The notes beneath the pieces were generated by a model. That model was not told the DNA's origin. It made no database searches and saw nothing but the letters and a program-made list of their open reading frames with translations. The position numbers and the translations under genes were made by a program. This document shows, piece after piece, positions 36,078 through 48,136 of a stretch of 64,000 nucleotides of DNA (positions within the stretch are counted from its first letter, which is position 1; every line of letters starts with the position of its first letter). Source of the DNA: Octopus bimaculoides (taxonomy: Eukaryota); assembly GCF_001194135.2 (NCBI RefSeq), contig NC_068981.1:40998900-41062899 (forward strand), in the 5' to 3' direction.

Positions 36078-36931
36078 TATCATCCCACTACACCTTTTGT
36101 GTGTGCGTTGTTTATACTGAGCACACAGTGTAGAATTTCTACCCTCAACCACTGTCTTCAGCTTTCTGCTCCTACTCATCTCCTTTAGTAGACCTCTTTA
36201 TAAGACACTGCTGAAACTGTCTATAATCAATACACCTTAGATCACCCCATCTATATTACAACTTGCTTTGTCCACCTCTGCTATTGCCCATTACTCCCTC
36301 CCATTTCCACCCCAATAACTCTATTTCTACTATGCTGTCTGACTACTAATCCATCTATGTATACTTATTACAATGCATTATTTAGTGACAACTAAAAATC
36401 CATGTTTTACACGACTGACCAACTCTGAACTCTCAGGGTAACTCTTTCTTTATGAAGGAAACAGGACTAGTCCTGTCACTGTAATTTAATAAATATATTT
36501 TGTCAACTCAATGTATTGTGTACTTCGATTCTTTTTTATTCCAAACAAGACTATTAACAATAGTGTGTTTGTGTATATCACATCACCATTTTCATCCACT
36601 TTTTCATGCCTGCCTAGATCAGAGAGAATTTGTTGAGGTAGGTTTTCAACACCTTGATGCCCTTTCTGTCACCATCCTTCACATGATATCAAAACAAGTG
36701 TACACACACGTATGTGTGTATATATATACACGAGTTTGTTTCAGCTCCATTTAACAAATTCACTTACAAGGCTTTGCTATACTTGGGGCTATAGTATAAG
36801 GTACTAGCCTTAGATGCCATGTAGTGGGACTGACTCCAAAACCACATGGTTAGAAAGCAAGAGCCAAGAGAAATAACTTGGAGTGGCCAGTGGTATGTAT
36901 TTGAACAAACAAAAACAAATATGGGTATATT

Positions 36932-37146
36932 CTTTTCTACTCTAGGCACAAGGCCTGAAATTTTTGGGGAGGGGGTCAGTCAATTAGATTGATCTCTGTA
37001 TGCAACTTGTACTTAATTTATTGACCCCCAAAAGGATGGAAGGCAAAGTTGACCTTGGCGGAATTTGAACTCAGTACATAAAGAGAGACGAGATGCTGCT
37101 AAGCGTTTCACCCAGTGTGCTAATGATTCTGCCAGCTTGCTGCCTT
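36932..37146 (-). mobile_element. tRNA-derived SINE (family A) with 17-bp TSD
   Basis: The exact direct repeat acaaatatgggtatatt lies at 36915-36931 and 37147-37163. Confidence 0.92.
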
Positions 37147-37633
37147 ACAAATATGGGTATATTAAATCACATAAAAGATAAATTTTTGATTTATTAAAAT
37201 TATTTCTGCTTCTATAGAAGGTAGGCCAATCACTTGGTGGAAATTGATACAAATTCCAAGTGAGAAGAAGTGATGATCTCAAGAATCAATAATTCTCATG
37301 GATTTGTTTACAGTGAATCTCAACTTGCCAAGGAATGACCCACGTACTATGCTTTCAAAACCTTCTGCTGACACATGTGGAATAATTCAATGCCACTGAC
37401 TTTGTCATCTTAAGTGGCATTTTTTGTGCAGTCCATTTGGTTTTGCCCCTTCTCTGCCAATTGAAACAACATTGAAATCAGCCATTGTAATTGTCTTCAG
37501 TTACTTATTCTGGTATTGGAGTCTTCTATGGAAGTTGTTCATGATCAGTCTGCTTCCTCTTCAGTTGTGCCACCATGAGTAGTCCTACCAGGAGTACTAG
37601 ACTCTCATCAGTACAACAAGGAGCAATCTTCAG

Positions 37634-37677
<44 letters not shown>

Positions 37678-37681
37678 GCAC

Positions 37682-38040
37682 AGGCGTTGTTGTGTGGTAA
37701 GAACCTTGCTTCCCAACCACATGGTTCCAAGTTCAGTCCCACTGTGGCACCTGGGGCAAATGTCTTCTACTATAGCCTCAGGCAAACCAAAGCCTTGTGA
37801 GTGGATTTGGTAGACGGAAACTGAAAGAAGCCCGTGTGTCTGTGTTTGTCCTCCCTACCATCGCTTGACAACCGATGTTGGTGTGTTTAGGTCCTGCAAC
37901 TTAGTGGTTCGGCAAAAGAGACTGATAGAGTAAGTACTAGGTTTACAAAGAATAAGTCCTGGGGTCGATTTGTTCGACTAAAGGCGGTGCTCCAGCATGG
38001 CCGCAGTCAAATGACTGAAACAAGTAAAAGAGTAAAAGAA
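37682..38040 (+). mobile_element. tRNA-derived SINE (family B), near-intact
   Basis: A-box-like tgtgtggtaag, B-box-like agttcagtccc and tail gactgaaacaagtaaaagagtaaaag. Many CpGs are retained. Confidence 0.88.
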
Positions 38041-38942
38041 TATGTGTAGTTAAGAAGTTCACTTCACAACCACATAGTTTCAGGTTCAATCCCACCATGC
38101 TGCACTTTGGGTGAGTTTTCTACTATAGTCTGAGGCTGACGAAAACTTAGTGAATGAATTTGGTAAGTGGAATCCTAAATAGAAACCCACTGTATATCTA
38201 TTTATCCACACACACACACATATTTATGTATGCATTTCCTTGTCTTGATATTATACTCTAGTTGTAAACAAGCATTACTGTCATACAAATGGTGTATTTC
38301 TTTGCAAACTCTCAAATCATTTACACTCAAATATGCTCACTGATATTACCCATCCAGTGATGCATACTGGCTTCATTTTTTTGCATATCCTCAGTACACA
38401 AAATGATTTGTAGTGTATCTTTTCAATTGTATTATGTATTAGAATGTTATCTGTCATATGAACGGTAATTTCGTAAGCAAGTAGTTTCCATGATGGATAA
38501 TATCAGGAAATATGGCATATATACTATTATAATTTAACTTTTTGTGTCAAATTTCCTAGTTCTTATACAAATTTATAAAATGAATACTAATTTTTAAAAA
38601 AATATTTATTACCTTAAAATAAAGTTAAATAAAACAAATTTTTTATTTGTATATTTGCAATAAATATGTTGCTTCTACATTTTATCAACACAATTACCCT
38701 CTACTCAATGGAAAAACCTATCTCTGCAAAATTTTCACTTAAAAAATCTATTTTCACAAGGTTATGATACTTAACCTGCACCTCTAATGCTAACTCTCTT
38801 TGTATTTCTTTTACTCTTAATGACTTGTAGGTACGTGATATTTTGATATACAACCATAATATACGATAAAGTATATTAAATGTCTTCATAAGTCAATGCT
38901 ATGTTCTACTGTGTTAGCAGTGTGCTTTACATCACTTGTTAA

Positions 38943-39072
38943 GGTTATCTCTATAGATATTCTATAGAAATTATAACCAACACTGAATGTTGCTGTGACA
39001 TTTTGTATTTGAGATGTCATAACAAAAATCAGTGCTGGCTATAATTTCTATAGAATATCTGTAGAGATAACC
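38943..39072. mobile_element. 130-bp palindromic MITE with TTAA TSD and GG termini (Kolobok-like)
   Basis: TTAA|GGTTATCTCTATAGATATTCTATAG...CTATAGAATATCTGTAGAGATAACC|TTAA, with arms of about 44 bp. Confidence 0.75.
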
Positions 39073-40438
39073 TTAACAACTCTTTTAATCTCTTCCCTTA
39101 TCTCTATACAATGTAAAAGAAATCATCTAACCAACATGTATATTAGCAATTTATTAGAAATTATATATATAGAGAGGTAAACCACTGATTTTCCAGCAAA
39201 TGATAATCAGGTATTGCTCTCAATCTGGACACAATTATGTGTATGTGTGTGTGCATGTACATCACATGATGGATGTAAACGGGCATCACCATCATACAAG
39301 TGGTGTTTGTTTCAGTGTACCAAATTCCCTCACAAGGCTTTGGTTGGCTCAGAGCTATAGTAGCAGACACTTGCCCATGGTGCCATGCAGTGGGACTGAA
39401 ACCACATGGTTGGGAAGCAAGCTTAACCACACAACCACTTTAATGTTTTTGTAATTTTGTTAATGCATAATGCAACTCAAACTCCACACACTAGGCTATC
39501 CAGTATTAAGATATTTGTTGTCAAACCTCGTAGAGTATAGGAGTGACACATAGAACTGTTTACTGAGTCCAAATCTTGTAACAGGTGTCTTCCAGCATAC
39601 TTCTAAAATTGTGTGTATATATAGCTCTCACGAGGCTTTTAATTCTCATGTCAAGTTTCTTATGTGAAAGTTAGAACACAGAAATGCAAATCATCCTGTT
39701 TAATTACACACTCCTTCACACCTAATCAAAAATAGGAAGGTAAACTATAAGAGTTCTAAAACCTGGGGAAGATTTTGGTTAAAGAAACCTGGCATAAGTA
39801 TCTTGGAGTAGATGCCAGAAGAATGAATTTCATCTGTAATCAACCAGAATGAAATACTAAGGACATAGATTTGGAAAACCCATTTCGGTTACCTATAAGC
39901 TATGATAAAGAAGACCTGATTGGAATATTTTAAAAATAACCTTATATTGTAGGCATAGATATTCAGTTATTGCAAAGTTTCTAGTCCATACTTAAATAAA
40001 ATAAATTAGTCAGTATTGCTTGTGCACAGACAAAATGTGTTTGAAGGTTAATTTGCTACAGCCATTAAAAAGGTTTTGGAGCTTTGTATAACTTATAAAA
40101 ATACTTAACTGAGATAATAAATGCTCAGTCTGTAGTTTGTGAAGATATGACTGTGTTTTAAACATTAATTGTTGCTATAATGTCTCAGTTAATTGCCATG
40201 ATATTAATTTCACCCAATTAGTAGAAAAACCTGTCTTGAATCTTTGCTTGTAATGACTAATCTCATTTGTTTATATTGTTTCCCACTATAAACAAATGAT
40301 ATTCCCAATATTTTTAGTTATTATGCATATGATTTATTCCTTTTCAGGAAGTCAGTATTTAAAAAGTTATGTTTTCATTAAAATTTATTATGAAATTTTC
40401 ATAATTGCTTGATTTCTAAAATAAATATTATTTTTTAG

Positions 40439-40471
40439 GTTGGAGAAGAACTTAGCAAGGAATGCCAACAT
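40439..40471 (+). CDS. GLG1: GLG1 exon 2 (33-nt micro-exon, VGEELSKECQH)
   Basis: Acceptor ttttttag| and donor |gtaagt, phase 0/0. It corresponds to human PENEISSDCNH. Confidence 0.9.
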
Positions 40472-41311
40472 GTAAGTTTGTTTTCTTTTTTTTTTTATTA
40501 CTTGCTTGCAATGTTTTTGTAAGAAATATGTTTATAAAAGCATAGATGTTGAAACCTTAATATTTCTTACCTGTCAAGTGTCATAATAAGAGATTGTATA
40601 CATCTGCAACATTCTTTCACCAAACTATTTCTGATCACATTTTATGCTCTCCTCAAATATATTAGTTTAGACTTGATGTTTTTGTGACTGATGATTCGAA
40701 AGACAAAGATAGATGACTGGCTTCTAAGAATTTAAATATTCAATGAGGACACTCTAAGCAAAATAAAGATTAGTAGCAAGTTCATTGAAGAATCTAGTGT
40801 ACCCACTCCTAAGTTCATTATCAGTATCATTTTGCATCCATTTTTCCATGCTTGTCTGAGTTAAATAGGTCTTCAGCACAGCATCACCTTGCAGTCCTAT
40901 GTCATCTCCTTCAAGATGTTTAACCTCTTCTGATTAGCTTTTACAACTTTTGATGATTTCCTTGGTCTTCCTCTTTCACAGGCTCTTTATTGCCCTTCTT
41001 ACACAAGCATCATACAATCTCCTTTTGTTTCTAGCAGAGATAGTTGCTCCAAGAATCTTTTTCCATTCCATTCACTCTGCATTGTGCTTTCAGAACACCC
41101 TTCTCCACTGTTAATTAGGACTCCTTGATAACAAAAAAAAAAAATCAACTTTTAGAACTGGGGTCTGCAAGCATTTGAATGCATTTAATTCATGGATGCT
41201 TTCACTACTAACTACTCCTGTATATTTCCCACATAAGAAGTAAAAATATTTTTTGTAATTAATGTTGGAGGATGTAGAGAAAATAGAACAGCTCAGTTAA
41301 TAATACTCATA

Positions 41312-41613
41312 ACAATAAACGTCGCCCTTTCAAAGCCTAGCCAGGCTCATGGACCCGGTTTCTATGGCGTATGTGTTCCCCCCAGCTGGATGGGACACCA
41401 GTCCATCGCAGCATTACTCAAGAAACAGGAAGAAAGAGTGAGAGAAAGTTGGGGCAAAAGAGTACAACAGGGGTTGCCACCACCCCCTGCTGGAGCCTCG
41501 TGGAGCTTAGGTGTTTTTGCTCAATAAACACTCACAACGCCCGGTCCGGGAATTGAAACCGCGATCCTCTGAACACAAGTCCGCTACCCTAACCACTGGG
41601 CCATTGCGCCTCC
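41312..41613 (-). mobile_element. tRNA-derived SINE (third family) with 14-bp TSD
   Basis: The reverse-complement head is aggcgcaatggcccagtggttaggg...ggtttcaattccc. The exact repeat taataatactcata lies at 41298-41311 and 41614-41627. Confidence 0.9.
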
Positions 41614-41909
41614 TAATAATACTCATATTTCTAATAAATGTTTTAAGTGGATATAATGATGTTAATGAATAAAATAAACTATTCTTATTCATTTTGTTTT
41701 TGGATTTGGTTTGCAAGATTCTTTATGTGAGTTTGTGTGTTGAAGCATATTCTGTTGTGTCTGGGGAGAGTCATTCTCTTTTAGTGCCTTATAATTTAAC
41801 ACACTCACTGGTAAAATTTCCACTCATTTACTTATTTTTCTAAAATTTTTGTTGCATCTTGCAACCTTGTCAATAGTTGTTGACTCTGTCTCTTATTTAA
41901 GCTGCATAT

Positions 41910-42320
41910 TTTTTTTGTTTGTGTGCATGCATACACATGTATGTATGTATGCATGTATGTGTGTGTGTGCATATGTTTGTATGTGTGTGTGTACGTTTGT
42001 ATGTATTCTGCATATTCATGTGTTTGTGTGTTTTTATGTATGTCTGTGTATGTACCTTGGTCTCCTTGCGTGTACATGTCGGAGTGTGTGTGTGTGTGTG
42101 TGTATGGGTTTTTGTGACTATGTACTGTGTCTATGTATGAATGTGTATCTTCATATGCGTGGACGTGTCTCCATATGTGTCCTTGTGTGAAGTATGTGTG
42201 TATATGGTCATGTGTTTCAGTCTTCATTTGCATATGTGTATGCTTGTCTGTTCATATTATCTATATACTTATTCATTAGTATGTCTGTTTACTTTCATAT
42301 CCATTTGCCTACATACATGT
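41910..42320. repeat. Degenerate (TG)n/(TATG)n low-complexity tract
   Basis: Direct reading. It is the source of several C/V/M-rich ORFs. Confidence 0.9.
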
Positions 42321-43603
42321 GTGAATGTGTTAAATTATAAGGCACTAAAAGAGAATGACTCTCCCCAGACACAACAGAATATTGTTATTCAAATATATTG
42401 GATTTATAAGTTTTTATCTGAATATCTCGTTTAGGAAAAAACTACATCTCTGTTTTAAGCTTTACTTCTAATCTGGAATAGTTGATTTGTATCAAAGAAG
42501 ATAACTGTTTGTGAACTTGGCAGTTTTATGTCCTTGTAGATATGAACTGATGAACTAAGGTGTCCAGCTGGAGATGATTTTCAGGTTTGGAGATGCCTCA
42601 GTGGTGTTATGAACATCAAGTAGATGTTCCCAGATGCAGTCATCTAATGCTTTTTACTTATATACAGAACATTAGTCTTCTAAATAGTTTTTATCTGTAT
42701 ACGAAACATTACAGAGTTCACAAGTGTAGTAAACAAGGATGTGGAGACTCATTTAAATTTATCAGATATGAAGCTAGGATTTGGTACCAGTTGTGACAGT
42801 GCCATCCATGAGGGATAAGTGGACAGGTAGCACATCTGGGTTGAGAGCATTTGAAGCCTCCAAGCTGTGCTATGTTGGACTTCTTGACTAAAATGTCTTG
42901 TGATTTTGTGTTCTTTTCTCTTCTGGAGGAAAGGGGCTTGGGAAAGATCAGTATAGTTTTAGGATTGGAAAGGAAGAAAAAGACAAAATGGAAATTGTTG
43001 AGGCTACAATGTTATAAAGAAAGAACTGTAATGTAGAAGATAATGGGGAATTGAATTTAATTTGTAAGTTCAGTGATTCTGCTGACAACTCTGTTTCAGT
43101 GAAACCAATGCACTTCTAAATTAGAGTAACTACATATAAAGAAGTGGAACAGTTCTTCAATTTTGAAATAGTTTCAAACTGTATTACATTACGTAACCCA
43201 TACAAGCATGGAAAAGTAGGAATAAGAATGGATGAACAAACTAAGCTGCACTTTTAGTATTTTTCCTAATACACAGACTTTTAAGTCTGAAAGGATGAAA
43301 TTACACTACTAGTTATACCATAAAACTTAAGAGCTTTACTTTTTATATTGCTTTTTTTTTTTTTGCTTATTTGGATTCTAACCATGGATACACTGTTAAT
43401 ACATTCTTTCAAGATTTTTAATCAAAATTATATTTGACTTTATGGGTACCAGTTTGGGACAGAAAAGAGCCAATGATGGAACATGAACCACATCCCTGTT
43501 TCTACCCTGGCAGCTGTTTTACCAATGATACTACAGATTGCCTGTCATTCCATCTTTCCAAATTAGGTGCTATATATTATCTGTTCCTGCTGTAGTTTAA
43601 CCC

Positions 43604-44093
43604 TGTATGTATATAGTCTAAGTTTACTGAAAGTGATAACAAAAGTAAATGTTATTAGATATTATTTATAAGTCCCAATCAGAGATAGTATTATCACTTG
43701 TCAAGCAACTGAGTTACTGTTTATACTACAGAGTGCCTACTATTCCCTTTTTTCCTTCAAATTAGATAATTTAAATTGTTTTTGCACTAATTCTTTATTC
43801 GTGTGATAATTTGTCAGTCACTTAGTGCTAGCATGATAGGTTATTCTATTAATGGTGCCTTAATGCTAGCATTACGGAACCATTAAATTATCACACGAAT
43901 AAAGAATTAGTGCAAAAACAATTTAAATTATCTAATTTGAAGGAACAAAGGGAATAGTAGGCACTCTGTAGTATAAACAGTAACTCAGTTGCTTGACAAG
44001 TGATAATACTGTCTCTGATTGGGACTTATAAATTATATTTAATAACATTTACTTTTGTTATCACTTTCGGTAAACTTAGATTAAATACATACA
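43604..44093. mobile_element. Foldback element: 209-bp inverted arms with a 72-nt spacer
   Basis: 43604-43812 is the reverse complement of 43885-44093 with only a handful of mismatches. Confidence 0.92.
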
Positions 44094-44696
44094 TGTGTGT
44101 ATGTAAAGTTGAGGCTTTGAATCAAGGGTCATAAATACATCATTATTGGCGTTTGATAGCTTCTTTCGTTGTATCAAATGCATTAGTTATTTTATTTATG
44201 TGCATTGTTAGTGTCATCTTTGTTGATTTTTCTCCATATAATTAAAAATTTTACACTTCTAACACCACCAGTGGTCCACATTCCATCAGTATTTTATAGC
44301 TGTAATTACTGATCGTTAGTGTTGACAGCATCTGTGTTATTGTAGAGTGGCCTTAGGTCAATATGTCAGGCTTTGAATGAATCATGTAAAAATTTACAAG
44401 ACTGGTTCCTTTTTGAACAGTAAGAAATAATCATTGCAATATATTTAAAATGAAGTATGCTACATTTTGTTCTTTTTTCTTTTTGGTGGGGTGGACTTAG
44501 TAAGTTGGAAATACAGATTTGTTTAAACATTATTGTCTCAACTATTACCAATTTTTTGTGTTCTACATTCACTTTTTACAGATTATGATAAAGTTTTTCA
44601 ATTTCTGTGGCTAGATTAGTTACTGTTCTATTTCCTTGATAGATTTCTCATTGTGTTCACCTGTGTAAACCTTTTATTTCCTACTTACCTATACAC

Positions 44697-45035
44697 AGGT
44701 GGAGGCATAGCTCTGTGGTTAATAAGTTTGCTTTCCAACCACATAGTTTTTGGTTCGGTCTCATTATGTGGCACCTTGAGCAAGTGTCTTCTACTATTGC
44801 CCTGGGTTGACCAAAGCATTGTGATTGAATTTGGTAGAGAGAAACTGAAAAAAAGCCCATTTTGTGTGTGTATGTGTATTTGTATTGCCTTATCTGGTTA
44901 TCGGGAAGTGTTACTTTGCTTGGAAACAGGTGAAGGATTAGCAACAGGAAGAGTATCCAACCATGAAAAAGCTTCCTTAATGAATTCTGTTTGACCCATG
45001 CATGCACAGGAAGGTGTATGTTAAAATAATGGTGG
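44697..45035 (+). mobile_element. tRNA-derived SINE (family B head, RTE-type tail)
   Basis: Homologous to 23655-24045 and 47430-47735. Confidence 0.75.
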
Positions 45036-45619
45036 CATATGAGTTTATTGAATCATATGTTGCTCATACTTGAATTCCGTATTAATCTAGTTTGATGGGA
45101 CAAGCAATCTGAACGAGAAGTAATCTCTAAAAGTTACTAAATTGTTCATCAATAATTATACTCTCTCCAGTATTTGATTTCTCCAAAGTGTATTTGATAA
45201 ACTGAAAAGTATTGTTGGTCTATGGTGATGCATTGTAATATTTATAAACTCATAGATTTTTCAAGAATTTTTGACATCATCATCCTTTAACGTCCATTAA
45301 AGGATGATGATGATAAAAAATTTCTGAAAATGTGTGAGTTTATTATAGCTTTTTATATTTTTAAATAATGATTAACCTTCGCATTCTTTCCATAACAGAA
45401 GCATTTGTTATGAATTTTTTGTATACAGAATCACCAATGTTATCCCAATTTTCCTAGAATCAAAATATTACAATGTAAGCAATAGCTAAGATTCATCCAA
45501 ACACTAGTGTGTGAAATGAAAAATAAATAAATAGCTGAATAATAGGCATATATTGTAATGGTCCAATGATTAATGATAAAACATGTTCAAATTAAAAACT
45601 TGAGAAAAATAGTCTACAA

Positions 45620-45690
45620 GTTAATTCTACGATTAACTTTGTTAATTCTACGATTAACTTTGTTAATTCTACGATTAACTTTGTTAATTC
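45620..45690. repeat. 21-bp perfect tandem repeat, 3.4 copies
   Basis: Unit gttaattctacgattaacttt at 45620, 45641 and 45662, with a partial copy at 45683. Confidence 0.95.
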
Positions 45691-45847
45691 ATCAAAAATT
45701 CTGATTAAATTGTTCTTGCTTTTGAGCAAGAGTAATTCATGTTATGAATTCCAATTTAGACATGCTGGTTCCTGTTTCATTTTTGAAACAATTTAGTATT
45801 TTATCTAGTCTTTTTCATTAGTCATTGTATTTTCAGTGCTAAAGTTA

Positions 45848-47067
45848 TGATGGTCAGATGTAAAGTTCATAAACTGACCAAGATACTCTCATGGAATGTG
45901 ACCAAATAAAGTTTATTTTTCAACATAGTCCCCCTTGCAGTCCACACACATCTTTCATTGGTGTTGCAGTGCTTGGATCCCATTGGTGAAGCTTTCACCC
46001 TGTTGATTAAAAAAGTCATCAACAATAGACGTCATCATCACTGCAATACTGATTCCTAGCCAAGTGCTTTTTCATGTTGAGGAACAGATGATTGTTAGAT
46101 AGGGCCTAATCAGGAGAATAGGGGTCAACCAGTTCAAAATCAGTTATGCACAACAGCCATTGAAAGCAAGGACTTGTGTGATGGATGGAAGCCCTGATGA
46201 AGCATGACCCCCTTTCATCAGTTTCCCTAGGTATTTGGTCTTGATAGCCTATCATAATTTCTTCAGCAAGTTGGCATAGTACTCCATTGAGTGTCCCTTT
46301 TGAAGATAGTCAATAAACAATGCTTTTTGCATTCATAAAAACTAAGGTCATCACCTTCCCTGCAGATGAAATGATCTTGGCCTTCTTTGGAGTAGGTGAG
46401 GAAGGGTGTTCCCATTGCATGGATTGTCTCTTTGTCTTTGGCTCAGAGTGATGAAGCCAACACTTATCCAGAGGCAGATCCAAGGAAACCAGCTGGATCC
46501 GTCTCAGACAGTGTCAGATTTTTTCGTGATGTGATCAGCCTGGTGTGCTTTTAATCATGTGTCAGAAGTTGTGGCACCCACTGAGCAGAAACCTTCATCA
46601 TGCTAATAACATTGGCTATTTGATTTATTGCCAGTCGCCTGTCATCCATCAGCATGTGGTGAATATTATCAATGTTTTTCTTGGTGGTGACAGCTGCAGG
46701 ATGTTCAGACTATAGGTCATGTTCTGGACTCTCCCTTCCCCTCCTAAATTCAGCTGCCCACTTTTGCACTGTTTATAAAGTTGGAGCATCATCCCTTAAT
46801 GTAACAACCATGTCAGCATGAATATCCTTGGGAGCTGAAGTATTTCTCTGAAGGTACTTGATAACGGCATGATACCAAATTTTGTCCATTTTTAAGAGAA
46901 GTTGCTACTAATTACTTTTGAAGTCTTCTTTGAAAGTGAAATGTGAGTTTACCTGGAAAGAAACAATGAAGTTATCAATAAGAAAAGTTGAAATTAATGC
47001 ATGCAAGATTTCACAGCTCTAGCATCACTTCTTCATAGTCAGCTTATGAACTTTAAGCCCACCTTCA
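45848..47067 (-). mobile_element. Degenerate full-length mariner element
   Basis: TA-flanked TIRs (aaagttcataa.ctg). On the - strand from 46889 it reads MDKIWYHAVIKY...VQKWAAEFRRGRES...VSAQWVPQLL, with stops. Confidence 0.9.
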
Positions 47068-47774
47068 TATTTCATGTTTTTTTACTATCTGAGAGTAATA
47101 ATAGTGGTTGATAGTACTATGAGTGGAGTGCTGCACAAAATGCCTTTAGTATTATATCCCTTTATATTCTGACTTGAAATCCCTCTAGGTTTAACTTTGC
47201 TTTATTATTTAGGGTTAATGAAATAAGTACCAGAAAATTACTGGAATTGAGTGTCCCTCCAGCAACATTGGTGTCTATTATATCATAAGTTGATTCAGGT
47301 TTTTCACACCAAACCATATACACTATGATATTCAGTTTTGTCTCTTTAAGTTCTAATTTCATATCCTGCTGTGGTTGACTTCTATCTCTCTAGGATCAGT
47401 AAAATTTGCTGTTAATGTACTGTATTTGACTGAGGTTTCAAGTTCAGTCTCTCTGTGTGGCATCTTGGGCAAGAGTCATTTACTATAGCCCAGGGCCAAC
47501 CAAAGCCTTATAAGTGGATTTTGTAGACAGAAACTGAAAGGTCATTGTGAGTGTGCATGCATTTTATTGTCTCCTTGCCATGACATCATGTGATAGTTGT
47601 AAGCCAGTGTCACTGTCTTGCAATCAGTGTCCTTCATTTCCAATCTTCTGAGATATGCCTGGTCAGGGAGGAAAAAATTTCATTCAACCTGTATGGACTG
47701 AGAAAAGTGGACATTAAAACACTGATGACGATGATATTGATGGTATCTGAAAAGAAAAATAAGTGAAGACTTAA

Positions 47775-47995
47775 TCCTTTAGTATTTAAACCAGCCATAT
47801 CCAGCTGAAATATTGTACCTGTTTTATGTTCAATCTGGCCCAGATCTGGTTTCTCACACCAAGCCTACAATATCATTCTGAAAAAATTAAGTTACCTCAT
47901 CAAATTCTCATCGCTACAAAACAGTACATGATTAATTTAAAACAGTATGAATAAATAAGCAATACTTTCAATTGAATAATGTGAATGCTAAAGGA
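47775..47995. mobile_element. piggyBac-type MITE (inverted relative to 2206-2425)
   Basis: TTAA|tcctttagtatt...aatgctaaagga|TTAA. Confidence 0.85.
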
Positions 47996-48049
47996 TTAAA
48001 ACATGCTTTTGGGTTCCTTATCATAATCATTGTACACTTTTATTTTTAG

Positions 48050-48136
48050 CTTCTATGGACCTACAAAAGAAATTTAACCAAAGATGATAGGTTTGAATCT
48101 GCTGGCAAAGAAGTATGCCGTAAGGAATTGGAAATG
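48050..48136 (+). CDS. GLG1: GLG1 exon 3 (LLWTYKRNLTKDDRFESAGKEVCRKELEM)
   Basis: Acceptor tatttttag| and donor |gtgagt, 87 nt. It corresponds to human LLWNYKLNLTTDPKFESVAREVC. Confidence 0.95.

Noticed and set aside
40680-40720. ctgatga-ttc-gaaag, both hammerhead core boxes
   Set aside because: There is no stem II, no NUH in register, no stem I partner and no second copy.
41832-42434. Cluster of His/Thr- and Cys/Val-rich ORFs (similar ones at 1179, 3640, 15752, 24276)
   Set aside because: These are translations of (CA)n/(TG)n simple repeats.
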